A DNA stretch of 64,000 nucleotides from the human T2T-CHM13v2.0 reference genome, Homo sapiens, in assembly GCF_009914755.1 (NCBI RefSeq), contig NC_060931.1; one strand, written 5' to 3'. Shown in pieces: positions 52,776 through 64,000 of this stretch (the stretch's first letter is position 1; every line of letters begins with the position of its first letter). Below the pieces are notes generated by a model, which saw only the letters and a program-made list of their open reading frames with translations, had not been told where the DNA came from and ran no database searches. Position numbers and translations under genes: made by a program.

Positions 52776-53847
52776 TGTGTATTTTCATGATATGATAAGT
52801 GTCAACTGTTTGCATCCAGATATGGGACTTCCTTGAACTTTTCTTGTGGGGCTGGTCTAGTGATGATGCATTCTCTTAGCTTCTGCTTCTCTGCAAAGAA
52901 ATTTATTTCTTCTCCATTTATGAAGGATAATTTTGCTAGATGTGGTATCCTTGGCTGGTAGTTATTTTTTTCCTTTCAGCACTTTGAGTATATCATCTCA
53001 TTCTCTCCTGACCTGTAAGGTTTCTGCTGAGAAATGCACTGTTAGTTTGATGGGGGTTCCTCTATAGGTGACTTAATGCTTATCTTTTGCTATATTTAGA
53101 ATTCTGTTTTTGTGTTTGACTTCAGACAGTTTGACTAAAATGTGCCATGGAGAAGATCTTTTTGCATTGTATCCATTTGGGAATCTCAGCGCCTCCTGTA
53201 TCTGGAAGTCTAAATCTCTTCTGGATTTGGAATGCTTTCATCTATCATTTCATTAAATAGATTTTCTAATCCTTTCATTCTCTCTTTACCTTCCAGGACC
53301 TGAGTGATTAAAAAATTTGGTCACTTTGTGGTGTCTCATATGTCATGGAGGCATTGCTTATTCTTTTTTATTCATTTTCTTTATTTTTTCAAAATATCTG
53401 TCTTGAAGTTCTGAGATTCTTTCTTCTTGATCTAGTCAATTGTTGAAGATCTCAAATGTGTTTTGTATTTCATTCAATAAATTCTTCAGTTCTAGAATTT
53501 CTGTTTGGTTGTTTTTTATGGCATCTGTCTCTTTGGTAGATTTTTCATTCATAATTTGAACAGTTATTTCTGATTTCTTTGCATTGTTTTTCAGAATTTT
53601 TATTTATCTCACTGAGCTTCTTAAGAATCAATAATTTGAATTCATTTTCCAGGACTTTGTGAATTGGCTGTTGCTGGAGAATTATTTTTTTCCTTTGGAG
53701 GTGTCATATTTCCTTGCTTTTTCATGTTTCCTGTGTCCTTACATTGATATCTGTACATCTGGTATGATAGTCACTTCTTCCAATTTTTGGAATTTTCTTA
53801 CATAAGGGAGAACTACTTCCTGAAGATGTATCTATGGTGTTGGTTGG

Positions 53848-56133
53848 TGATATGGTTTGGCTGTATCCCCACCCAAATCTCAACTTGAATTATATCTCCC
53901 AGAATTCCCATGTGTTGTGGGAAGGACCCAGGAGGAGGTAAATGAATCCTGGGGGCTGGTCTTTCCCATGCTATTCTTGTGATTGTGAATAAGTCTCATG
54001 AGATTTGATGGGTTTATCAGGGGTTTCTGCTGTTGCTTCTTCCTTATTTTTCTCTTGCCACCGCCATGTAAGAAGTGCCTTTCACCTCCTGACATGATTC
54101 TGCATCCTCCCCAGCCATGTGGAACTGTAAGTCCAATCCAACCTCTTTTTGTTCCCAGTTTCAGGATGTCTTTATCAGCAGCATGGAAATGAACTAAAAC
54201 AGTAAATTGGTACCAGTAGATTGGGACATTGCTGAAAGATATCCAAAAATGTGGAAGCAACTTTGGAACGGGGTAACAGGCAGAGGTTGGAACAGTTAGG
54301 AGGGCTCAGAAGAAGACAAGAAAATGTGGGAAAGTTTGGAACTTACTAGAGACTTGTTGAATGGCTTTGCCCATAATGCTGATAGTGACATGGACATTAA
54401 GGTTCGGGCTGAGGTGGTCTCAGATGGAGATGAGAAACTTGTTGGAAATTGGAGTAAAGGTGACTCTTGTTACGCTTTAGCAAAGAGACTGGCGACATTT
54501 TGCCCAGCCCTAGAGATTTATGGAACTTTGAACATGAGAGAGATGATTTAGGGTATCTGGCAGCTGGCAGAAGAAACTTCTAAGCAGCAAAGCATTCAAG
54601 AGGTGACTTGGGTACTGTTAAAGGCATTTAGTTTTATAAGAGAAGCAGAGCATAAAAGTTCAGAAACTTTGCAGCCTGACATGTGGTAGAAAAGAAAAAT
54701 CCATTTTCTGGGGAGAAATCAAGGCAGCTGCAGAAATTTGTATAAATAGAAAGGAATCTAATGTTAATCCCCAAGACCACGGGGGATATGTCTGCAGGCC
54801 ATGTCAGAGACCATGACAGCCCCTCCCATCAGAGGCCCAGAGGCCCAGTAGGAAAAAGTGGTTTTTGTGGGCCAGGCCCAGGATCCCTGTGCTGTGTGCA
54901 GCCTAGAGACTTGGTGCCCTGTGTCCCAGTTGCTCCAGCCATGGCTGAAAGGGGCCAATGTACAGCTTGGGATGTGGCTTCAGAGGGTGGAAGCCCCAGC
55001 CCTTGGCAGCTTCCACATAGTATTGAGCCTGCCGGTGCACAGAAGTCAAGAATTGAGGTTTGGGAACCTCTGCCTAGATTTCAGAAGATGTATGGAAACA
55101 CCTGGATGTCCAGGCAAAAGTTTGCTGCAGGGGCGGGGCCCTCATGGAGAACCTCTGCTAAAGCAGTGCGGAAGGGTAATGTGGGGTCAGAGCCCCCACA
55201 CAGAGTCCCTACTGGGGCACTGCCTAGTGGAGCTATGAGAAGAGGGCCCCCATCTTCCAGACCCCAGAATGGTAGATCCACTGACAGCTTGCACTGTGAT
55301 CCTGGAAAAGCTGCAGACACTCAATGCCAGTCCATGAAAGCAGCCAGAAAGAAGGCTGTACCCTGCAAAGCCACAGGGGCAGAGCTGCCCAACACCATGG
55401 GAACCCACCTCTTGCATCAGCGTGATGTGGATTTGAGACCTGGAGTCAAAGGAGAACATTTTGGAGCTTTAAAGTTTGACTACCCCGCTGGGTTTTGGAC
55501 TTGCATGGGCCCTGTAACCCCTTTGTTTTAGCCAGTTTCTCCCATTTGGAATGGCTGTATTTACCCAATACCTGTACCCCCATTGTATCTAGGAAGTATC
55601 TAGTTTGCTTTTGATTTTACAGGCTCATAGGCAGAAGGGTCTTGCTGTGTCTCAGATGAGACTATAGACTGTGGACTTTTGAATTAATGCTGAAATTAGT
55701 TAAGACTTTGGGGGACTGTTGGGAAGGCATTATTAGTTTTGAAATGTGAGGACATGAGATTTGGAGGGACCGGGGGAGGAATTATATGGTTTGGCCACGT
55801 CCCCACCCAAGTCTCAACTTGAATTGTATCCCCCAGAATTCCCACTTGTTGTGGGAAGGACCCAGGAGGAGGTAATTGAATCATGGGGGCTGGTTTTTTC
55901 TGTGCTATTCTCATGATAGTGAATAAGTCTCATGAGATCTGATGGGTTTTTCAGGGGTTTCTGCTTTTGCTTCCTCATTTTTCTCTTATCGCCACCATGT
56001 AAGAAGTGCCTTTTGCCTCCTGCCATGATTCTGCAGCCTCCTCAGCCATGTGGAACTGTAAGCCCAATTAAACCTCTTTTTGTTCCCAGTTTCAGGTATG
56101 GCTTTATCAGCAGCATGAAAACAAACTAATACA
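53848..56133 (+). mobile_element. Complete THE1A MaLR provirus (LTR 53848-54201, internal 54202-55781, LTR 55782-56133)
   Basis: Two THE1A-type LTRs (GGGGTTTCTGCTTTTGCTTC signature); internal region starts GTAAATTGGTACC; perfect 5-bp TSD GTTGG at 53843-53847 and 56134-56138. Confidence 0.95.
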
Positions 56134-57577
56134 GTTGGGTAGGACACTTTTGCTCTTATTCTGGTTTTGTGCAGCAGTGTAGTCTCTGTATGATTTCTTC
56201 AGCTATGAACAGCACTGGTGGTGTCTGTGATTTCTTTGATGGCTTAAAATGCTGTTATTAGTGAAAGCTGTGGTGAAGTTTTTCTGGGGACTGAGATGCC
56301 AGGTAGGTCAGTCTTCTGGCCCCATTGGTGGCAGCAGTGGGCTGAGCATGTCTGTCCTTGGGACCCAGGAAAGCATATGCCCATATGTTACTGGATCTAG
56401 GAAGATTACTTCTTTGACCTACAGGTGGCTTACTCAGATGCCGATAGTTCCAGCAGTGGGTCTATTCTTGGGCCCCTGGACAGCAGGTGTGGCATGGGTG
56501 ATGTCAGTGGTAGTGGTGGGGCAGCCCTCTGAGTCCTGAGTAATGCATGCTGCTGTTGGCCATGGCTGTAATGGGCTGGGTACATAAGTCACCAGGCCCA
56601 CAGATGGCAAGTACAGGTAGGTGCCAGCTATGGTGATAGCACCCGGGTGCTAGGCCCAATCTCAGGAATCTTCAGGTACCAACAGAGGTAGACTGGGCGG
56701 GGCAGAGTGTGCTAGCCTGATTGTGCTACGCCCAACACTCAGGAGTGTTGAGTTACCAACAGAGGTAGACTCCGTGGCCAGACTCTGTGCTTTGGCATGG
56801 AGTGAGGGCAAAGCCTGGCTGGGTGCGTTTATCCTCAGGCCTCCTGATGGAGAGTGCAGGTGCCAGCCTTGGGTGGCAGGGACAGGGCCATGGCTGGCAT
56901 CTGCGCTCACAGTCAGGCAGAATGCTTGGGTTGTGGGGCAACAGCAGCTGTGCCACTGCCCCTGCCACTGGGAAGGGTGGTACTGCCTTCAGTGGCCAGC
57001 AGCCTAGGCTGGTGGGTTGGGAACCTCCCAGCTCCTCTCTGTGTTATTAGCTTCAGGCCCCGTGAGTGTTGAGAGGATCTCCCATGGCTAGAACTGCAGG
57101 CTAGAACTGTTGGGGATGTGAACTGCTGAGGGTCTCTCACTTTTCCCTTTCCCAGACTGGGGAGTCTTTCTCAGCTCCCAGCTTACCCCATCTGAGCAGG
57201 CTGCCTGGTTCCTTCTCCTTCCTTGCTTTAGGTATTTCCTGTCACTTTTCTGTGGAATTCCAGTGTTCTTTCTTGCATGATCTATTTGAAAGGTGATTAC
57301 TCACTATTTCAGTTCTTCTTCATTGAGGAGGTGAGTATGAAATGCCTCTAGTCAGCCATCTTCCACAATACATTTTTAAGATGATAAGAAAATAGATTAG
57401 AACTTTTTAAAAAGTAGACCTGGTATGTGAAAAATACTACATTCAAACAGATTTAGATTGGAGCCAGCTATTTGGATAATTCTTGCAAATACATACCTAC
57501 TGAGAAATAGGAATGTTAGCCAGGATTTTATATACTGTTAGCATTGATTGCACTAGCTAGCTAACTGCTGAATATTC

Positions 57578-58290
57578 TTTTTTTTATTTTTCCATAGGTT
57601 ATTGGAGTACAGGTGGTATTTGGTTACGTGAGTAAGTTATTTAGTGGTGATTTGTGAAATTTTGGTGCACCCATTACCCAAGCAGTATACCCTGCACCCT
57701 ATTTGTAGTCTTTTATTATCCCTCATCCCCGCACTCTTCCCGCCAAGTCCCAAAGTCCATTGTATCATTCTTATGACTTTGCGTTCTCATAGCTTAGCTC
57801 CCACATGTCAGTAAGAACATACAATGCTTGGTTTTCCATTCCTGAGTTACTTCACTTAGAATGATAGTCTCCAATCTCATCCAGCTTTTGGGTTCTTGAT
57901 CATGAAATCCTTACCTAAGCGAATGTCTAGAAGAGTTTTTCCGATGTTATCTTCTAGAATTTTTATTCAAGCCTTAGATTTAAGTCCTTACCTAAGCCAA
58001 TGTCTAGAAGAGTTTTTCCGATGTTATCTTGTAGAATTTTTCTTCAAGCCTTAGACTTAAGTCCTTACTCCATCTTGAGTTGATTTTTGTGTAACGTGAG
58101 AGATAAGGATCCAGTTTCATTCTCCTACATGTGGTTAGCCAATTATCCCAGCACCATTTGTTGAAAGGGTGTCCTTTCCCCACTTTTTATAGCAGTACTA
58201 TGCTGTTTTGGTGACTATGGCCTTATAGTATAGTTTGAAATCAGGTAGTGTGATGCCTTCAGATTTGTTCTTTTTGCTTAGTCTTGCTAT
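57578..58290 (-). mobile_element. L1PB1-like 3' fragment, internally deleted and duplicated
   Basis: CATAGGTTATTGGAGTACAGGTGGTATTTGGTTAC is the L1PB 3' end; then jumps to ORF2 sequence at about 57885. Confidence 0.85.
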
Positions 58291-58339
58291 AAGGTAGAAG
58301 GAGTACCATAAAGTAGTCTATTCCATTAGTATGCCTATT

Positions 58340-58580
58340 CCACTGCTTATGTGCCAGGCACTGTTTCAAACACTTTACAATTATTAACTCATTTTGTAAT
58401 CACAACAACTTTATGAGGTGGAAACTATTATTATCCCAAGTTGGGACATGAAAAAACTGAGGTAGAGACAGCTGAAGTAAAGTCACACCAAATGCTAGTA
58501 AGTGATAGAGCATAGGTTCAGAATTTGAACCTGTATAATCCGTAATCTGACTTCAGTCTCTAAGACCCTATACTGTTTCT
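58340..58580 (-). mobile_element. MIR
   Basis: ATGTGCCAGGCACTGTT...ATTAACTCATTT...CACAACAACTTTATGAGGT...AAACTGAGG. Confidence 0.8.
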
Positions 58581-59216
58581 ACTGCTTGCTAATCCAGTCC
58601 TCTGATGATATATTGTTAGATTCTTTAAGTATTATAAAATATGGTTCAAATATTTCTGACAAAATAGAGGAACATTAACTCCTTAGGGTGTAATAAAGTT
58701 TTAGATCCTGTTTAGAACTTTAGAAAGATGAGCGTAACATCAATTTTTGTTAAATTCATTGGCAAATTCTGCCTAGGCAAATTAAGAAGTTCAAGGTGCA
58801 GAGTGGATTGTTCGGTCAGAAGTATTTAGCTCGTAGTTCACAAAGATTATTTCCAAATGACATACTCAAAATGTTACATGTTCAGGTATGGACTATAAAA
58901 GACTCAGTATTGTCTCATGGCCAATCTGTTTTGTATAAGAACTTGACTCTGGCATGTAATTACAAATTGATACATTTTCATAGTGGATGGGTGATTCATT
59001 ATGATTATTGAAATGTTTGGAAAATAGAGATAAATGATTACAAATGACATAGATAATTAAAGATGGGTTAGTGGAGTAACCTTTTAAAAATCAATGCATA
59101 TGGATCTTTTGATATATTGATCCACTTTTGCCTCTAGGAAATTTGAATAAAAAATACTGTAGAATTAAGAAATATAAATTAGTGTGTATATTTCTTCTGA
59201 TTTTTGCATGATGCCT

Positions 59217-59570
59217 ATATTAGTTAGCATAATTAGCCAACTGTAAGTACCTTAAGTGGGGAGGGGGTTTGGGGGTGGAGGGGGAGACTTTTAGGCTCCT
59301 GTCACTAAGAAGTTTCAGACCACTTGTGCTGACATCAAGTTTCTGACCCTGTATCTCTCTTTGTCTGTCTTTCTCCCTACGTTACAAAACGTGTTCCTGT
59401 CGTGTTGGTTTTATCAGGACAGATCTCATATATCGCAGCAACAAAGATGGCCCCCAGGAGTTCCATGGACCCTTATTTCTCATCATTTAGAAGGAGAAAG
59501 CACCTCTTTCCTCAGTTCCTCTCTTCAGGACTCCCAGTACCCCTGCTTCTGGTGACAGCCCATGGCAGGT
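59217..59570 (-). mobile_element. Old MLT1 (J/K-like) LTR fragment
   Basis: TATTAGTTAG start; CAAAGATGGCCCCCAGGAGTTCC; AGAAAGCACCTCTTTCC. Confidence 0.45.
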
Positions 59571-59919
59571 GGGGAGGACGTGCAGATGGAAAGAATGAGA
59601 AGGGCAGGTGAGGCAAACGAGCAGATGCCCCCTGCAACTGCTGAACGATTTGCAAACAAAATCTATTTAAACTTCTTCTTGGGATAATTCACTATCTTTT
59701 TTTTTTTAATTCAAATTGCTCCAAAGTAGAAAGGATAGTCCTTTTCAAAGATAGGAACTCCATAAGAGAGTAAAAGTTAATACAATATAATAAAATGAAA
59801 TAAAAGATGGGAAATCCAGGAAGTGTTTTGTAAGTAACGTAGATGCTGATATATACTAAAAATATTAAGTGTTGGCTATATCATGGCCTTCCAAGGTGAG
59901 TTTTTAAAAAGTGGTAGTA

Positions 59920-60190
59920 GTAGCCAGGTACATTAAAATACTTAAAAGCTTTGGAGTAAAATAAATAATCTAGATGTGTTTTCTGGCTCTCAAACTTGCT
60001 CCTGCTACTTGCTTATTGGAATTTTTTTGATTTCTTTCTTGTCATTACTTAAGCAAGGGTCTTCATCTTTCTGAGTTTTGCTTTCTTCACTTGTCAAATG
60101 GGGATAATTAGACCTTTCTTGGATGGTTGATGCAAGGGTTAAAAGAGGTGACGCACATAAAACACGTGCCAGTATAGTAGATCCGTCAGT
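59920..60190 (+). mobile_element. MIR
   Basis: CTTTCTGAGTTTTGCTTTCTTCACTTGTCAAATGGGGATAAT. Confidence 0.65.
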
Positions 60191-62589
60191 TTTCTAGAGT
60201 GATATATATGCTGAACATAGGTTCGATTCCCCTTTTCCTTTATTAGCCATTTTTTTTTATCACTTGACAGTATTTAATGCAAATGGAAACAAAAGTAGTT
60301 TATCCAAGTAGTACAGAATATGAATAGAATTAATGATAAATTATGCTCACTGTGTTTCTGGTAATGAAAAAGACAAGCATATAAAAAAATTAATTACACC
60401 TTGTTATATGTCAGAAATCCAGTAGGAAGGAAAGACAGGACTGGACACCCACTGCGTCACAATCGCGGTGCGGCAGGCATTTTGAGAAGAGAGAATATTG
60501 GGCGTCACATTATCACTATCGTACTGTCAGTCATTGGTGACTGGGCCATATGAGGCCCTGGATAGTGCACAGCTGCTCAGCACAGCACCAAACCAAAGGA
60601 CATGGCAGGATCTCATGTTTGGCCTAATTTTAAAAATTCAAAATAATATTTTCCTTCAATAGTGAAGAAAGGGGCTAAATTATCAAATTTGTACCTTTAG
60701 ATTTTGTGTTTACATTTTAAAGATAACACACTTCCATGTACTCTTATTTCTCAAAAATAGGTTACTGGTAGACTGAAAATATTTTGGATACATCTGAAAA
60801 ATATTTCCTTTTCCTTGCAAAATGGCAAACCTCTCTTTTAAGCCTATGGAAAGGACATTTAAATGAAAGAATTCAATAAGTGTTTAGTTTTATGGAGCTC
60901 TTACTACTTTGGGCCCACAATTAAATCACAGGTAAGGGGTTTTCATCAGAAGAAATCTCTAAGTATGATGAAAAACAACAACAAAACTGAATTAATTTAC
61001 ACAGCCTAACAACATATGATCATAATTTCCCTCGGATGCGGTTTATTGTTGGTAAAATTTAGAAAAACCCACATGTATCATTTTAAAGTACATCTGAAGT
61101 ATATTTTCATGAAATGTACATGGTTGTGTAGTTAAATGTTTATGGGAACTTTTCATTTTTTTGCCATTCGGCCTGCTTTCAAAATATTCAAATATATTTG
61201 GCTTTTGTAACTTTGCTAATTAAACCTTCTAAAACAGATGGAATTATAGAAATTACAGGGTTTAAAATATCATCTTAATTGGTTTACGATCTATGTGACA
61301 CGTAGTGCCATTCATACTGTATAAAATAGATACGAATGGCTCAAAAGAGATGGCATACCAATTAATTTCTTTTTAACTCTTTCAATTAAGTTTAGTTTTC
61401 TTCATTATTTTCTTCCTTTTTCATTAGCCTGGCTCGCAGGGAGTCTGATCAACCCTGACTGTGAAGATACAGGTTGTAAGCTGAGATCATATTGGAGAGT
61501 TTCTTTTGTGACTAAGGGATAGAGAATCTGAATTTACCTTCATTCCAAAGAAAATAAATAATCTTAAAACAAGCTTTAAGCATGCATATGGCTGTCCCCT
61601 CAAGTGATGTGTAGATTAATCTTTCTCCTTCTAATGATGATTGCCTTATGTGTGCAGGCAGCCATATTTCTCTGATTTCCTGGAATAGTCTTGATTTAAA
61701 TGTCTACCTTACTGTCCCACTAAGAACACCTAGATTTGTCAGACCGCACGTTCTGATTTCTGAGTTGGGATGGGACGCTATAATCTCTCTACGTAGAATG
61801 TTGGGAGGTTGAAATAGGCTGCTTCATGTGTGTCTATGTGCCTTAAGATCAAGAATCTGGTTGAATACAACTCACCCAGACCTCTAAAGATTCCAATTTC
61901 GAGGCCACGATGAAGGCCTGTTATATAATAAACCTGCTTTACCCAGCAAAATAACATGCAGTTTTAAAAAATACCATCATACTATTTGTTGGCTACTCTT
62001 GGCTATCAAAATTAAACTCGACTGTTTCTTTCAAATATCTCAATTTGTCATTTGGATGTGATTTTAAACATACTATTCCCCTCTGTTGCCATTGTAACAG
62101 GTTTGGGCCCTCATGGGTGACAGAAAAGTACCAGAGTTCTGGTTCCTCTTTGAACACACATGTTCTCTGGGTTTCGCCTTGCAGCCCAAGAAGAGAGGAG
62201 GCTTGGAATCACCACACTTCCCACAGCAAGGTAAATCCGTGCATCAGATAACACTCAGAGCTTGGGAAATCGCCCACAGCAGGGACAGATTACCTCTTAC
62301 AGTCACTATGGAGAACAATTCAAATCCTAGCTTTAATGATCCCAGATAGAGCTCTTCTCCTCCCCACCAATGTGACATTTTGCAAACATTTTATATATCA
62401 AGGAAATATTTCATTGAAACGCGCTTCTGAGAATGCCTACCAAGCCGGCTCTAGGCATCTTCCAACATTGCAGGGGTCAATTAAAAGAACCAATCAACTG
62501 TTTTTTAAAACTTTAAAATATTTTTTAAAATAGGGTTGGGGGAAAGAAAGTGGACAAAAAGTAATGTTAAATAGCATGGAGCATGACTA

Positions 62590-62780
62590 ATGGCGCTAGC
62601 ATGTTAAAATCATTGGGAAAATGTCCTTGGAAGACAAATGAATTTTCAGCAGAATAATTAACTTAATTAACAAATTTGCATGCATATTCATCAGGCTATT
62701 GAAGTCTTTCCAGCCCAGCTTGATGAGCGCTGGTGTAATAATTGTCTCATTTACATTCTGCAATCTACTACAATTTAGGA
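62590..62780. promoter_or_regulatory. Candidate developmental enhancer (POU/homeodomain motif cluster)
   Basis: TAATTA twice, octamer ATTTGCAT (62674-62681) and MORE-like ATGCATATTCAT (62680-62691) in unique sequence; motif evidence only. Confidence 0.4.
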
Positions 62781-63734
62781 CATGCAAAAAAACCCGACCT
62801 CTTCCCTTTGACTTTCTTTAGGAGCCATATACTCCTAAAAACACGGCCTTCACCCTCTCTGTGGCCTTTGGTCCAGGCCTTTTGAGAGAACCCCCAGAGA
62901 CAGTTGACTGTGGTTTCCCATCCCCCAGTCTTTCCCTTCTTTCTTCTTTTTATTTTTTTCCTTTTGGCCCAAGTTCTCTGTTTCTGCCTCTGCTTGCTCT
63001 CCTGGGTAAATCTTGGCACCAGTTCTGACTTCAAATCTCTTGGGTCGCCAGACTGCATCATGTAAAAATTGCCATTTCCCTCTATCTCTGCAGGGCAATC
63101 TTTAAAGGCAGTAAGGTGTGACGCTCCAGACTGGCAGCTTGGCAAGACAGAGCCCATGGATACCAGCACACGGGAATCTGGACGGCTCACTCTGACAGCA
63201 GTCAGCACTGGGAACAAAAGGAATGGAGGGAAAAAAGCGCAAATGTATTTTTACATATTGTAGGCATATGGCCACAAGACCAGCAGAAATATATTTAATT
63301 ACCAATTGCACGCATTGAGGAGAAAAACACTGGAAATGGGGGAAAAACTGTATACACAGCAATATTATTCTAATTTAACTTTTCACCTCAGTTTTTTTTT
63401 TCTTTCTTTAATTGAAAATGGAAGGGAATGTGGGTTGGAATCGCAAAGGGTTATCTTCTGGAATTCTATCAAAGGTGATGTGGGATTTTGACATGCCTTC
63501 TTTAACAGCATAACATTATAGAAAGAAATAGGAAAGTTTTCTTTTAGTTATTTTAATTATGAAATAATTTGACCAAGGCGTTTTGGGGGAGTGGGGCAGA
63601 CCGGATTTGAAATATAACAGTTAGACAATCTTACTGTCATGTTAAAACTGTACTTTTGATGTTACACATTAGGCCTCAACAATTAATAACCTAATCTTGA
63701 AAAATTATATTCTTGTTCTTTTCTATGAAAGCAG

Positions 63735-63845
63735 AATACTTCAACCCCATTTATTGTCAGGTATTGTCCTAGCCAGTGGAGGTACAGAGGTGAATCAGAT
63801 GTCATCCCTGCACTGAAGAAGCATAGCCTAGGCTGGGAGACAAAT
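63735..63845 (-). mobile_element. L2 3' end
   Basis: TTCAACCCCATTTATTG...GGTACAGAGGTGAATCAGA...TCCCTGCACTGAAGAAGC. Confidence 0.55.
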
Positions 63846-64000
63846 ACACATATATATAATTATAATGTTATACCATTAAATTATTAAATATGTGAAAATT
63901 ATCATTAGCTAAAATCACAATTATAATACACATAATACCATCTATATAAGGCAATGATGTAGCTATATGAATCCAGGGGCCATAGAGGATTGACTCTTAG

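Larger units (their letters stand above)
48795..57362 (-). mobile_element. Near full-length old L1 (L1MA3-like) hosting an Alu and a THE1A
   Basis: L1MA 3' end at about 48800; ORF2 remnants ([27 protein letters not shown]); ORF1 about 52800-53800; GC-rich 5' UTR 56140-57360 ending CTAGTCAGCCATCTT (antisense of AAGATGGCTGACTAG). Confidence 0.9.

Noticed and set aside
56140-57360. GC-rich region with many overlapping ORFs as a gene or CpG promoter
   Set aside because: It is the CpG-depleted 5' UTR of the old L1
62768-63217. 149-aa minus-strand ORF with a basic stretch
   Set aside because: The Lys/Arg run comes from a plus-strand pyrimidine tract; no domain or splice support

Overview
Primate (human-like) non-coding genomic DNA, intergenic or deep intronic. 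More than half is recognisable transposable-element debris: Alu J/S/Y, L1PA/PB/MA/MB/MC/ME, HAL1, L2, L3/CR1, MIR, MaLR/ERVL/ERV1 LTRs, a complete THE1A provirus, a decayed ERVL pol region, Tigger1, MER44, MER1A, MER5 and MER20. I find no intact protein-coding gene; the supplied ORFs are TE-derived or look like chance. Non-repeat signals are a small CpG island at about 20.7-21.0 kb (candidate orphan or lncRNA promoter with a splice donor) and several motif-dense unique segments that look like developmental enhancers (about 38.2, 42, 60.5 and 62.7 kb). The most unusual structures are local copy events. These are a 150-bp unique segment copied in inverted orientation into an LTR33 1.2 kb away, a ~70-bp segment with a palindromic microsatellite duplicated 1.66 kb away, fold-back hairpins inside two L1 copies, and short tandem duplications. 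I see no support for a new gene system. Subfamily calls come from remembered consensus features, and boundaries of old elements are approximate.
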